DNA of 56,214 nucleotides from a virus (Duplodnaviria > Caudoviricetes). The position numbers were made by a program, and so were the translations under genes. The notes beneath the pieces are model-generated. The model was not told where the DNA came from and did no database searches. It was given only the letters and a program-made list of their open reading frames with translations. Location of the stretch: IMG/VR virus record IMGVR_UViG_3300048863_000005, positions 1 through 56,214 of that record. One strand, 5' to 3'. Positions 37,327-47,867 of the stretch are shown here, piece after piece; position 1 is the first letter of the stretch; the number at the start of each line of letters is the position of its first letter.

Positions 37327-37587
37327 TCACTGGCCATTGATGATGTGATCTTGCTCGGTTATCCACTGCTGTAGGCTGCTGAGCTGTTCAGCGTTGGCTC
37401 TACAGGCGGCGTAATTCTCGGTAACGGTTGTCGCTATCGTGCTCAGCTTGACCTTAGGGCCTGCTGGTAGCGGTTGAAGCTCGCGGGGTTGTTGCATCAG
37501 GAGTGCCGGGGGCAGCATCCAAACTGACTCCTCGGGCCGCTGCGTCGTGCACGCGGATAAAGCCATCAGGCACAGGGCACTGATCAT
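37327..37587 (-). CDS. o-spanin (Rz1-like lipoprotein)
   Basis: Lipobox LSAC, Pro-rich, overlaps i-spanin. Confidence 0.8.
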   Translation of the reverse strand: MISALCLMALSACTTQRPEESVWMLPPALLMQQPRELQPLPAGPKVKLSTIATTVTENYAACRANAEQLSSLQQWITEQDHIINGQ

Positions 37588-37843
37588 CAGCTTCAGGCGT
37601 GATGTAGACCGGAACCTGCTTGATGATGGTGTCGGCCTGCTTGTAAACGATCCTTTCTCTATCCACATACTGAGTGACTACCCTATCTCTTACCTTGACG
37701 AGTACCTGAACATCCTTGACGGTCTGTTTCAGTTCCTTCTCTTGGTTGTGGGTTGCTCCTGTCACCCAGCCATGACCCCATATCGCAACACCAAGGGCCA
37801 ATACCGCGAGGTATGCCCATATGCGAGGGATGAGTAGGTTCAT
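37454..37843 (-). CDS. i-spanin (Rz-like)
   Basis: N-terminal TM; CPVPDGFIRVHDAAA; follows endolysin. Confidence 0.8.
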   Translation of the reverse strand: MNLLIPRIWAYLAVLALGVAIWGHGWVTGATHNQEKELKQTVKDVQVLVKVRDRVVTQYVDRERIVYKQADTIIKQVPVYITPEADDQCPVPDGFIRVHDAAARGVSLDAAPGTPDATTPRASTATSRP

Positions 37844-37844
37844 G

Positions 37845-38270
37845 TCAGCCCCAGGTGCCGGTACGCATTGCCTTGGCGAGTTCTTGAGCGCGGCCTTTCA
37901 CTTGGCTGGCCCACTTGCTGTCCAGCATCTCAGCCGCGGCTAGGTCGAACTGCTGATTACCGATTGCAGCGAGCATCTTCTTGAAGCCAGCCAGACGAGC
38001 ACGACCCAGATTGAATGCCATCTCGATCATGACTTCCTGCCGCACACCATCGAGTGACTGATACCGAGGCACTATAGCCTTGGCGTCATTCATGGCGTCA
38101 TCGATGTCGTTAGCTAGCAGGAAAGCGATCTCGGAGTCTTTGAGGCCCTTGTCGTCGAGGTTGCGACCAATACCGATGGTCAGCTTCCCCTCTGTGTCTA
38201 GATATGGCTTGTTGCGCTTGTCTTCCTTGGCGGCAAGACGACGCTGTAGCCTTGCCATGTCGATAGCCAT
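37845..38270 (-). CDS. Endolysin (T4-lysozyme-like, GH24)
   Basis: EDKRNKPYLDTEGKLTIGIGRNL, MAFNLG, EMLDSKWA. Confidence 0.92.
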   Translation of the reverse strand: MAIDMARLQRRLAAKEDKRNKPYLDTEGKLTIGIGRNLDDKGLKDSEIAFLLANDIDDAMNDAKAIVPRYQSLDGVRQEVMIEMAFNLGRARLAGFKKMLAAIGNQQFDLAAAEMLDSKWASQVKGRAQELAKAMRTGTWG

Positions 38271-38278
38271 GATTCGTC

Positions 38279-38593
38279 CTACGGATTAGGTTGTACTTTT
38301 TCTACTTTCTCAACGATCTCGGAAGCCTTCGCTACTGCCTGGTCAGCTTTCTGAACAGCCTGAGCCAGTTGTTTGGCTAATTCCCTGTTCTCATCGTTGA
38401 GTTCACGGATTCGCAGACGGTTAGCGTTTTCCTGACGCTCATAGGAGTCAGATAAAACCTTGATGGTCTGGCCCGTACTGGCTGCATTGAAGGCACTCCC
38501 ACCCATAAAGCAGGAGATGGCTATGACAAACAGCAAAAGCCAGCTGCCGTGGGCATCCCACATCCGCTGAGTTCTGGTTTTCTCTCTTGCCAT
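38279..38593 (-). CDS. Lysis-cassette membrane protein (holin/antiholin-like)
   Basis: One TM plus coiled coil, upstream of endolysin. Confidence 0.6.
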   Translation of the reverse strand: MAREKTRTQRMWDAHGSWLLLFVIAISCFMGGSAFNAASTGQTIKVLSDSYERQENANRLRIRELNDENRELAKQLAQAVQKADQAVAKASEIVEKVEKVQPNP

Positions 38594-38597
38594 TGAA

Positions 38598-38933
38598 TCA
38601 GGCATTTCCGCGTACCTGCTGGAGTTCCGCACGCAGCTGTGAAATCTCCTGCCTTAGCTCTTCGTTCTGCTCAGACAGGTGCTTCATCTGCTCTTCGAGG
38701 CGTGCGTTGGTGGCGTTCTGTTCAAAGAAACGCAGCATCATCTCCTTGTTTTGCGACTCCGCATCCTTTCGTGCTTGGCGTTCTTCAGCTAATGCGGCTG
38801 ATAGGCGGTCGATTTCCTTGTTGTCACCTCGTCTTTCTCCCCAGACTTTCGGGAAATAGACGATTGCAGTGACCACAGCCATACCGACCCAGCCTATCCA
38901 GCCTTTTAGGTCGGTTGGTAAGGACTCGAACAT
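38598..38933 (-). CDS. Lysis-cassette membrane protein (holin-like)
   Basis: N-terminal TM plus coiled coil; first lysis gene. Confidence 0.6.
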   Translation of the reverse strand: MFESLPTDLKGWIGWVGMAVVTAIVYFPKVWGERRGDNKEIDRLSAALAEERQARKDAESQNKEMMLRFFEQNATNARLEEQMKHLSEQNEELRQEISQLRAELQQVRGNA

Positions 38934-39055
38934 CTGGCCCTCTCCGGTGGTGGGCTTAATAGGGTGACAGGCGACCGGCTTCAGCCAATCCATACCTGTC
39001 ATTCGGTCCCGCATGGTGCTGTTATCCAAGTGGAACACGCATGCATAGGGACGAA

Positions 39056-39160
39056 TTAGGGCCTTTCATGGCGTCTTTCGTAGCGGATGCCCGCTCCAAA
39101 TCCAACGCCGAAGGCTAGTGCCATGGACAGAACGAAGATCAGCAATGTGCTGAGGCTCAT
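39056..39160 (-). CDS. 34-aa hydrophobic peptide
   Basis: MSLSTLLIFVLSMALAFGVGFGAGIRYERRHERP; GGAG RBS; homolog in remnant. Confidence 0.55.
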   Translation of the reverse strand: MSLSTLLIFVLSMALAFGVGFGAGIRYERRHERP

Positions 39161-39287
39161 CTTTTCTCCAGGCAATAAAAAACCCGACACATTGGCCGGG
39201 TTCTTTGGGGTGAGACTTTACAAGATAGAAAGAATACTAGGCTACCCGAAAATTTCTGTCAAATATTATAACATTACCATTGGTCGC

Positions 39288-40007
39288 TCACGCAGCTTCC
39301 TTGATCATCCCGATACACCGGGCCACTGGCGCAAGAGCCTCTTTATCCAAGTCGTTACAAGCATCGAAGCAGTTCTGAATGAAATCGCTCCACTGGCTAG
39401 TCCAGTTCTCAGAGGCAAGGCTTACTCCGTACTCATCCAACAACCAAGCGCGGAAGAACTCCGGCTTGTCCAGGCTGTGATAGTTGCCGATCCGATCTCC
39501 GCCTTCGCTCTGGCCTCCCTGGTGACGCTGCCGATAACGACGGAAAATGCCAGCAGCCACATAGCGAGCCTTTTCCATTTTCTTCGCATACATCCGCTCG
39601 CCTTTCATGTAAGCCATCCTGAAGACGACTTCAGAGCATGCATCGACGGTATCGGGATCTTGGAAGAGGGTTGGATGGTACATCGCATTACCAAAAGCCC
39701 TCAGATGACTTGGAAGCCCTCCAATCGCGCTCTGGATGCGTCCGCGCAAAGCCCCTTCTATTGCTACCTGCGTGCTCTTTCGCTTCGCTACGCGCGTATC
39801 CATGGGCTTCTCGACCCATACCCATTGGCTAAAGGTGCTTACCGTTCCGTCCGGGTTGGTTTCCTTGAATTTCTTCTCGGCCCATCCTCCACCGAACACC
39901 ATGCCTAACGTGGCAACTTGCTCGGTGTGGCCGGTAGTGCTGTTGCATTCAACGTGGAAACAATCGTGCCAAGCTAAACGAGCGGACTTCAGGGAATTCA
40001 GGCGCAT
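39288..40007 (-). CDS. Late antiterminator (Q-like)
   Basis: Last gene of replication/nin operon before late leader; MRLNSLKSARLAWHD family. Confidence 0.6.
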   Translation of the reverse strand: MRLNSLKSARLAWHDCFHVECNSTTGHTEQVATLGMVFGGGWAEKKFKETNPDGTVSTFSQWVWVEKPMDTRVAKRKSTQVAIEGALRGRIQSAIGGLPSHLRAFGNAMYHPTLFQDPDTVDACSEVVFRMAYMKGERMYAKKMEKARYVAAGIFRRYRQRHQGGQSEGGDRIGNYHSLDKPEFFRAWLLDEYGVSLASENWTSQWSDFIQNCFDACNDLDKEALAPVARCIGMIKEAA

Positions 40008-40381
40008 TGGGCCACCTCCAAGTATTCACGGATTACCTGTTGAGCAGCCTCAAAGCCGCCACATACTACTGCTTGATAACCTTGTTGCTTGGCGCGCTCG
40101 ATGAATGCGCGCTGTTCCTCGCTCACGTCGGATGGTGAGTACTTCTTCTTTTTCATCTCAATCCAGAGGCCCGCGTATGAGCCCCTAGGAAGCATCAGGA
40201 AGAGGTCTGAGACTCCGGGCGTAAAACCCTCCGCCTTCATGCGCTGAACCTTCTTGGCGCGCTGTATAGGCGTTCCTGCGAGGTGTGAGCCGTTAGGGAT
40301 GGCAAAGAGACATCCCTTGAAGGCTGGGTACTGGAGCTTGAACCAGCGAACGACTGCACACTGTTCGAGGTATTCACTCAT
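39998..40381 (-). CDS. VRR-NUC nuclease (resolvase-like)
   Basis: FAIPNG, GVSDL, WIEMK, SEEQRAF. Confidence 0.88.
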   Translation of the reverse strand: MSEYLEQCAVVRWFKLQYPAFKGCLFAIPNGSHLAGTPIQRAKKVQRMKAEGFTPGVSDLFLMLPRGSYAGLWIEMKKKKYSPSDVSEEQRAFIERAKQQGYQAVVCGGFEAAQQVIREYLEVAQCA

Positions 40382-40668
40382 TCCACACTCCCAAGCAGGC
40401 CATACAACTCAAGCCACTCCTTCCCTACTCCCTCGTACGCCAAGCCGTCAGGGCCGTTCTGTCCAATCCGGTCCATTCGGTCTTCATCGAACGCATTGGC
40501 ATGAGGGAACATGTCGATCTGGTCTGCCGGCCACTGGGGAAAGCGCTTCTCTCTCACCGTGTCGGCGTACGCACATGCAGCCTGGAAGTTAGGAAACGTC
40601 TCTTTGATGTCGTCATGCTCGACCGTGACGGCGCTCGGGTTTTGGTTATTGATGATCATCCCTGTCAT
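40378..40668 (-). CDS. Hypothetical protein
   Basis: Coupled ORF in nin region. Confidence 0.55.
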   Translation of the reverse strand: MTGMIINNQNPSAVTVEHDDIKETFPNFQAACAYADTVREKRFPQWPADQIDMFPHANAFDEDRMDRIGQNGPDGLAYEGVGKEWLELYGLLGSVE

Positions 40669-40979
40669 GGCTTCACCTTCTTGACATCGATCAGGCCGCG
40701 CTGGGCCAACTGCTGGAGGGTCAGGACAACGGCCTTGTCTAGTTCGGCGCGGCGCTCTTCACGGCTCAGGCTGTGTCCATTGTCGATCTGGTGATGACAT
40801 GACGGGCATAGAGCTGCAGTCAGGCAGTCATCGGTTTTCTGGCTCATTCCTTTTCCACGGTTTACATGCGCTGCCTGTACGCCATAGGCCCCACACAGCA
40901 CGCAGTTCTCCAATGACCGGACGGCCGCTAGCCATTTCTCTGATCGGTAGGCGGGTTGGCGCTGACGGAGGAAAGTCAT
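40665..40979 (-). CDS. DUF968/DUF1364-like Zn-binding HNH-like protein
   Basis: CVLCG, QAAH, KTDD, ALCPSCHHQID. Confidence 0.75.
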   Translation of the reverse strand: MTFLRQRQPAYRSEKWLAAVRSLENCVLCGAYGVQAAHVNRGKGMSQKTDDCLTAALCPSCHHQIDNGHSLSREERRAELDKAVVLTLQQLAQRGLIDVKKVKP

Positions 40980-41097
40980 TTGAGTGCCTCCTTAAGCGCA
41001 TAAAGCATGAGCAAGCTGGGCACGAGTACGTATAGGCAGCTAGCTATGAATAGCCATGGGTAGGCTCTTGCCAGCCTAAGAAAAGCTCTAACATTGC

Positions 41098-41933
<836 letters not shown>

Positions 41934-41937
<4 letters not shown>

Positions 41938-42602
41938 GCTCTGGCCTCCTGCCGCTCTGCTGCCCACTCAGCCCTCATGTATGCACGGCTATCGAACCAC
42001 CACTTGAGGCCTTGTTCTGCCAAAGAGATTTCATGTGGCTCTTGGCTACGCGCTTCATTAACCCGGAGGTGAGTCATCCGAAGATGAGTCTCCATAGTCG
42101 ATCGATCCATGAAGCCCATACAGACTTCTTCCATTACTTCACCGAGCGGTCTAACTGTGTCCATTTCTGTTTCACGGACTGAAAGCAACGCTACTACCCA
42201 TGCGTCGTGACCGGCCTTGATCTTGAAGATCTGGTCAAGGTCATGGAGGGATACATCAGCCCAGCGATAACGCCCTCGAACAATCAGGCAGCAATTACAG
42301 AAGCCGTACTTGTCGCTTTCGGGACGAGCTACCAGGAAAGCGACATGTTTACCGGTCCTGTCGATAACATCCTGAGCCTTGCGCAGCTCTTCCTCTGTCG
42401 GATACTTGCCTTTAACTTCCAGGTAGATATCGACATGAGGCAGATAGAAGTCAGGCAGGTAGAAACCATCTGTGACCTGCTGAAGATGAGGCTCATATAG
42501 GTAGAAGATTCCTACCGAATCCATTAGCCGAGCCCATACGAGTTCGGTATAGGAGCGGAGCCGATATCCCAAGTGGTGGTAAACCGTTCTTCTATCGCTC
42601 AT
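41934..42602 (-). CDS. PD-(D/E)XK nuclease-like protein
   Basis: RSYTELVWA, YEP, YLPDFYLP, YLEVKG. Confidence 0.75.
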
Positions 42603-43939
42603 TACCAGTCCTCCCCTGCTTCAACAGCTCGGGCATAGTTAGCTAAAGGTATGAAACGGGACTTATCACCTTGGAAACAGGTAAGAACGGTGCCAATCTC
42701 ACCGTCACGATTCTTTCGGATGAGGACTTCGCCAATTCCTTTGTCTTGGGTGTTTGGGAAGTACACTTCGTCTCGGTACACGAACATCACAATATCGGCA
42801 TCTTGCTCGATCGCGCCTGATTCACGCAGATCACTCAGGACTGGGCGCTTGTCAGGGCGAGCCTCACAGCCGCGGTTTAACTGGCAGAGGATCATCACCG
42901 GGCAGCCCAGCTCACGAGCCAGTAGCTTGATCTGGCGGGACATGGCGGTAACGTCTTCAGTCCGGCCATTACCATCGCCCTCAACTAGACCTAGGTAATC
43001 GACGACCAGAAGTCCTATACCGCCCATCTTGTGCTTGAGACGGCGTGCTACTGCGCGTATGCGTGGCATGGTCATTACCGGCACGTCAGATACAGCGATC
43101 GGCGCATCACGCAACTTGAGGGTTGCCGCGGCCAACTCGACCATATGCTTGTGTGTGCAGTTACCGTTTTTTAGGTCTGGTAATGGAATACCGCCAACCG
43201 CTGCTAGGAGGCGATCAGTCAGCTGCTCTTCGCTCATCTCCAGGCTGATAACAACAACAGGCTTCTTCTGGTTGATAGCGACATCAGCAGCCACGTTCAT
43301 AGCTAGGGTTGTCTTACCCATCGCTGGACGACCAGCCACAACGATCATCTGCCCAGCCTTTAAACCTTGGGTGTACTTGTCCAGATCAGGAATGCCAGTG
43401 GACAAACCTTCGATCGTGATGCCCTGAATGGATCGATCATGACGGGCCTGAAGAATCTCAACGTGGCTTCTCAGGATATCGGCCATCATTTTGGCTTCAC
43501 CGCCCGCGCCTTTCAGGTCCAGCGACATCACTACCGACTGGGCTTGAGCCAGCTTGTCTTCGATGCTTGCCTGATCATGGGCAATTTCCAGAATCTGAGA
43601 CGCGGCATTGGCAATCTGGCGAGAAATGGCCCGCTCCCGAACGATCTTGGCGTAGGTCTTGGCATTGGCAACGCTTGGCGTGTTGGCCTGAATCTCCGCG
43701 GCATAGGGCAACGTTTTCACGTCATTTGCCAACATGGCTTTGCGATCGCTAAGGGTGATGACATCTACCGGCTGTCCTTCGTCGTGCAGAGTCAGGATCA
43801 AGCGGAACAGGTCAGAGTTTTCCTGCCATGCGAAAGCATCAGCAGACAGGTCATCACTTAGCACGTCGATCAGGTGAGGCTGCATCAGCATTGCGCCCAA
43901 CAGGCCGTGCTCAGCTTCCAGGCTATGAAGTTCGATCAT
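42602..43939 (-). CDS. dnaB: DnaB-like replicative helicase
   Basis: AGRPAMGKT, SLEMS, VVDYLGL, QLNR, DLRESGAIEQDAD. Confidence 0.97.
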   Translation of the reverse strand: MIELHSLEAEHGLLGAMLMQPHLIDVLSDDLSADAFAWQENSDLFRLILTLHDEGQPVDVITLSDRKAMLANDVKTLPYAAEIQANTPSVANAKTYAKIVRERAISRQIANAASQILEIAHDQASIEDKLAQAQSVVMSLDLKGAGGEAKMMADILRSHVEILQARHDRSIQGITIEGLSTGIPDLDKYTQGLKAGQMIVVAGRPAMGKTTLAMNVAADVAINQKKPVVVISLEMSEEQLTDRLLAAVGGIPLPDLKNGNCTHKHMVELAAATLKLRDAPIAVSDVPVMTMPRIRAVARRLKHKMGGIGLLVVDYLGLVEGDGNGRTEDVTAMSRQIKLLARELGCPVMILCQLNRGCEARPDKRPVLSDLRESGAIEQDADIVMFVYRDEVYFPNTQDKGIGEVLIRKNRDGEIGTVLTCFQGDKSRFIPLANYARAVEAGEDW

Positions 43940-44961
43940 GCTTGTTCCTCCAGACGACGGAACACAGCACGACTGCAAATCACTTCAAGGCGGGGCTTTA
44001 CTCGCTCACCGCAGTAGTAAACATCGTTCAGCAGGTTTGCCCGCTCGAACTGAGATTTCCAGAACCCGCTGTTCTGGTGAGTATCCACCTCGTTCCAGCG
44101 CTCAACGATCATGCTGCGAAGCTTGCGGTCAGTCTCTACGGCGACCTTAGGCAGATTCGGGCAAGCCTTGTGGTACAGGGCAATGATCTTGTCTACAGGG
44201 ATGTTTGTTTCGTCTGCGCCGTTTGGATTTTCCTTGAACGCCTTGCTCAGCCACTTGACCAGAAAGCGACGCCAATCTTTCTTCGGACGGTTGGAGCCAG
44301 CCCAGGCAGCAGCTCGGACGATCTCAGACTCAACGTCGATCGGCGCATAAGCCTTGGTCCATTTGGTGATCAGGGAGGAATCAACCGTGAAGTCTTCACC
44401 GTCGTAAGTAACCAGGACAGGCTTGGCGATGTCTTCAGGCTGATCCTGTTCGACTGGCTCTTCGCCTTGTTCGCTTTGATCGGCCTGAGCAGCCCCCTGG
44501 GGGGCAGTAATCTGTTCCGTAGGAACAGTTACTAGGGGTTTATTCTTAGTATAAAGAAGGGAGTCGTCAGTTTTGGTCTGTTTCGCCATTTCGACGACGT
44601 TGCCATTATGATCCGAGTCGGCTCTGTTGGTCTGATTCGGACACTCGTAATAGGTCCATTCTTTAGGGTCGCAAAGACCGATATCGCCACGAGCACCACC
44701 AACACGGAAGATGATCCGACGCTTCAGCAGATGGCTGATTGCCTTGGATACAACGTCAGGATGGATGTTTGTTGCTTTGGATACGTCAGTTGCCTTGATG
44801 CGTACCGGGCCAGTCTGAAAATTGATCGTCGCCTTAGCGATGAAGAGCGATACCTTCAACTCACGAGCTGGCAGGTCGACAGCCATCAAAGCATCGATAA
44901 GGCTGTTGTCCATGCGGGTGAACCCTTGGGACTTGCTAAGCTGGATTACGTTTGTCATCAT
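43936..44961 (-). CDS. Replication initiator (lambda O-like N-terminus)
   Basis: GFTRMDNSLIDAL...; upstream of dnaB. Confidence 0.85.
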   Translation of the reverse strand: MMTNVIQLSKSQGFTRMDNSLIDALMAVDLPARELKVSLFIAKATINFQTGPVRIKATDVSKATNIHPDVVSKAISHLLKRRIIFRVGGARGDIGLCDPKEWTYYECPNQTNRADSDHNGNVVEMAKQTKTDDSLLYTKNKPLVTVPTEQITAPQGAAQADQSEQGEEPVEQDQPEDIAKPVLVTYDGEDFTVDSSLITKWTKAYAPIDVESEIVRAAAWAGSNRPKKDWRRFLVKWLSKAFKENPNGADETNIPVDKIIALYHKACPNLPKVAVETDRKLRSMIVERWNEVDTHQNSGFWKSQFERANLLNDVYYCGERVKPRLEVICSRAVFRRLEEQA

Positions 44962-45015
44962 CTGTCTCGCGAAGTGTTGTTGATTAAGCCGGTCTAGCCA
45001 CCGGCTTTTTCATGT

Positions 45016-45210
45016 CTAATCATCTGTCCCGTTACGCTTCTGCCGAATTGAGTGGATCGATGCCCTGGTGATCTTGGGTACAAATCTCTTTCTCAACTCG
45101 TCTTTCAACATCCCTACTGCAAGCTCCTCCTCGCTTATCCCTAATCTTTCTGCCTCAGCCTTGAGTGCGGCTTTAGCCTTGTGTCGAAGTACAACGGATT
45201 GCTCATTCAT
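45016..45210 (-). CDS. Small DNA-binding hypothetical
   Basis: LKAEAERLGISEEEL; early right operon. Confidence 0.55.
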   Translation of the reverse strand: MNEQSVVLRHKAKAALKAEAERLGISEEELAVGMLKDELRKRFVPKITRASIHSIRQKRNGTDD

Positions 45211-45229
45211 AGGCCCTGCCCTAGGGCCT

Positions 45230-45436
45230 TCAGGCCGCGGTTTCGTCTTCGTTATAATCGGTATACAGAGCAGCTAATTGGGCTTCTAAGAGGTCACGAG
45301 CAACAACGGCGCGCTTAACGTTGTGAAACTGAGCCAGGGCTTCAATTAGCCGGTAGGTTTCAGCGTCAAGGCGGATCTTGATCTCGTTGTCATGCATTGC
45401 CTTTGTGGGGTACGGGTACGTACTACGGTTGCTCAT
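45230..45436 (-). CDS. RHH-like regulator at cII position
   Basis: IKIRLDAETYRLIEALAQFH...AVVARDLL. Confidence 0.6.
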   Translation of the reverse strand: MSNRSTYPYPTKAMHDNEIKIRLDAETYRLIEALAQFHNVKRAVVARDLLEAQLAALYTDYNEDETAA

Positions 45437-45461
45437 TGCGGGTACTGCTCCTGTGGTGCGG

Positions 45462-45680
45462 TTAAGCTGCTGCTGGTTGTTTGGGAGGAAAGAGTTTGTC
45501 GAGAGATGTCTTAGCGCCTTTCTTATTCAGGGCTTTAAGAATCAATCGGCATTCATCTAATCCAGGCTCTCGCCGTTCGTTTTCGTAGTGGGCAATTGCC
45601 CCTTGGGTTAAACCTACTGCGGCGGCGAGTTCGGCTTGTGTTAAGCCAACCCGCTTACGTATTTCCTTCAGGTTGCTCAT
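45462..45680 (-). CDS. cro: Cro-like repressor
   Basis: LKEIRKRVGLTQAELAAAVGLTQGAIAHYENERREP; divergent from cI. Confidence 0.9.
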   Translation of the reverse strand: MSNLKEIRKRVGLTQAELAAAVGLTQGAIAHYENERREPGLDECRLILKALNKKGAKTSLDKLFPPKQPAAA

Positions 45681-45704
45681 AAAGCGTCCTCGTCTGTTGA
45701 ACTT

Positions 45705-45780
45705 ATAATACATTTTGTACTGGAAGAGTGCAAGAATGCAATACAGTATGTGTGTTGATCGTATTAATACAGCGCGTAAT
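45705..45780. promoter_or_regulatory. PR promoter and OR operators
   Basis: Minus strand TTGCAC-N17-TATTAT; AATACA-N3-TGTATT-like sites at 45707, 45740, 45766. Confidence 0.7.
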
Positions 45781-46440
45781 ATGCCGCGCATGGAAAAATG
45801 GACCCAAAGAGCCAAGGCCCGCATGTCGGAAATTGGCATCACGCAAGAGCAGCTAGCAGAACGCTTGGGTGTTACTCAGGGCGCGATAGGTCATTGGCTG
45901 AATGAACGCCGAGAGCCAAAGCTGGAGATGATTAACCGCATCATGAAGGAGCTGGGAATTTCGCTTCTTCAGGCTGTAGAGAATGATTCTGTTAAAAATA
46001 GCTTTGATGCTAATGTTGACTTGCTACTACACTCCGAGAACCTGTTCAAATATCCAGTTTTAAGCTGGGTTCAGGCTGGCGCATGGGCAGAAGCTCTAGA
46101 ACCGGCCTACCCTGGCGATGATGGGCCTCTCGAAGTGAGTGATTATCAAGCAAAAGGAAAGGCTTTCTGGTTGGAAGTCAAAGGCGACTCAATGACTGCC
46201 CCTGCTGGCCGCAGTATTCCCGAAGGCGCGAAAGTGTTGGTTGATACTGGCATAGAGCCTATATCTGGAAAGCTTGTTGTTGCTAAGCTTGTTGACAGTA
46301 ACGAAGCGACGTTCAAGATGTTTGTAGAAGACGCTGGACAGCGTTTCCTGAAGCCGCTAAACCCCAGCTATCCTCTGATTAAGATCAATGGAAACTGCCG
46401 TATAATCGGCGTTGTTGTTAGAGCTACCATCCCGGTCTAA
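45781..46440 (+). CDS. cI: CI repressor (HTH + S24 peptidase)
   Basis: HTH, VQAG cleavage site, VKGDSM, EATFK; start 45781 or 45790. Confidence 0.95.
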   Translation: MPRMEKWTQRAKARMSEIGITQEQLAERLGVTQGAIGHWLNERREPKLEMINRIMKELGISLLQAVENDSVKNSFDANVDLLLHSENLFKYPVLSWVQAGAWAEALEPAYPGDDGPLEVSDYQAKGKAFWLEVKGDSMTAPAGRSIPEGAKVLVDTGIEPISGKLVVAKLVDSNEATFKMFVEDAGQRFLKPLNPSYPLIKINGNCRIIGVVVRATIPV

Positions 46441-46474
46441 TAAGCTGGGATTAACAGCTGTTATGTCAACTTAA

Positions 46475-46503
46475 TTGACCTCAACCTAATAAGGTTGTAT
46501 TAT
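46475..46503 (+). promoter_or_regulatory. sigma70 promoter
   Basis: TTGACC-N17-TATTAT. Confidence 0.75.
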
Positions 46504-46511
46504 TTGCTTCT

Positions 46512-46595
46512 GGCGCATGTAAAGCCTAGGTTAACCGCGACGCGTAAAACGTATCGTAAGCGCTCTGTAAGAGCGTCGGCCCTAGGGTATGCGCC
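46512..46595 (+). ncRNA. Structured RNA upstream of DUF3800 gene
   Basis: Nested stems GGCGCAT/ATGCGCC, CCTAGG/CCTAGG, CCG/CGG enclosing two hairpins; starts at the predicted TSS. Confidence 0.7.
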
Positions 46596-46617
46596 CCCTT
46601 ATTAAAAGCCGTGTTCT

Positions 46618-47277
46618 ATGACTGAACGTTGTATTTTCTTGGATGAAAGCGGTGATCTAGGATGGAAGTTTGATCTTCCATATCGAAACGGCGGATCTAG
46701 CCGTTATCTCACTATAGCTTCTTTAGTAGCTAGCCCAGAAAAGCGAAGCCTCTCTAAAAGAGCTGTCAAGAAACTGTATAAGCAGTTTAAATGGCCTTTT
46801 GAGCAAGAAAAGAAATGGTCTGGCATGAACGCAGCCGAACGCCTGTATTTTGCTGAGTCTGCACGAAAGCTCTTTCTTGAGAATGATGGAGAAATCAAAT
46901 TTCTTTCCATAACGGTTCGCAAGGAAAGAGTTCAAAACCATATTCGGCAAGACGCAAACAAGCTTTACAACTATATGATTGGGCTTTCTTTGCTTGATGA
47001 GATGAGTGCTCATGATCGGGTCTCATTTGTCCCTGATCCAAGAAGCGTAAAAGTTGAAAGCGGTAATAGCCTGCACGATTATCTTCAAACGAAGCTTTGG
47101 TGCGAGCTAAATAGCTCTTGCGTCATAAATACTCAGCCATGTGATAGCTGCAAGAGTCAAAACGTACAGTTTGCAGATATGTTGTCAGGCCTTGTCCAGA
47201 GTCATTTTGAAGATGGCAATTCTGGGCCTTGGAATATCCTGCGATCACACATAACCAGTAAGCGGCTCTACTTCTAA
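46618..47277 (+). CDS. DUF3800-family protein
   Basis: IFLDESGDLG N-terminus and DS....VQFADMLSG C-terminus. Confidence 0.85.
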   Translation: MTERCIFLDESGDLGWKFDLPYRNGGSSRYLTIASLVASPEKRSLSKRAVKKLYKQFKWPFEQEKKWSGMNAAERLYFAESARKLFLENDGEIKFLSITVRKERVQNHIRQDANKLYNYMIGLSLLDEMSAHDRVSFVPDPRSVKVESGNSLHDYLQTKLWCELNSSCVINTQPCDSCKSQNVQFADMLSGLVQSHFEDGNSGPWNILRSHITSKRLYF

Positions 47278-47292
47278 CATCTCCAAGTTCTC

Positions 47293-47318
47293 AAAGCCCG
47301 TCTCAGTACGGGCTTTTT
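47293..47318 (+). terminator. Terminator
   Basis: AAAGCCCGT...ACGGGCTTTTT. Confidence 0.8.
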
Positions 47319-47337
47319 CATGCGCTCGTATTTTTTT

Positions 47338-47379
47338 AGTACATTTCGTATTGACACCTATGAATACAGATTGTATTGT
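47338..47379 (+). promoter_or_regulatory. PL promoter and OL operators
   Basis: TTGACA-N17-TATTGT; AGTACATTTCGTATT and AATACAGATTGTATT match OR sites. Confidence 0.8.
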
Positions 47380-47634
47380 TTACCCATGCCAGCCAACACG
47401 GCGGCAAACACTCCTAACGGATAGCCGGGACAGCGAAATGATCCCCTAGCCCCTCAATGGTTTGTCCAGAGGGACCGACTAGAACCAAGTTCTTTGAAAC
47501 AGTGAATTCAAGGTAGCCAGCTCGTGAAGTTGGCTATCACTTGTATCCACTGGAGGGACCACTATGAACCTACTACTACTGATCGCCGCGCTGTTTCTGT
47601 TGTGGCTGGACCTGCCTGATATGAGCGGGAGGGC

Positions 47635-47823
47635 GTGATGGATAAAGCCATTGCCGCTATAGACCCAAGCACTAAGCGCTGTGCCGCTGTGTCGATCGAC
47701 AGGCCTGGTGAGGTTGTAGAGCTTTGGAATCAGGGCTTCATCCTTGTTCCGGTAAGCATAAAGACAGCGCAAGGCATCTACGCAACGATCATTGAAGACA
47801 TCGCATCCATAGCAATCAAGTAA
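47635..47823 (+). CDS. Hypothetical early protein
   Basis: GGAGG RBS; early left operon. Confidence 0.5.
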   Translation: MMDKAIAAIDPSTKRCAAVSIDRPGEVVELWNQGFILVPVSIKTAQGIYATIIEDIASIAIK

Positions 47824-47867
47824 CCCCTCTTAGCCACATGGCATCCCTATGCAATGGAGATGATGAG

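Noticed and set aside
39087-39908. 273-aa plus-strand ORF and similar shadow ORFs (e.g. 43828-44535, 49317-49796)
   Set aside because: Antisense to well-supported genes, with no recognisable motifs
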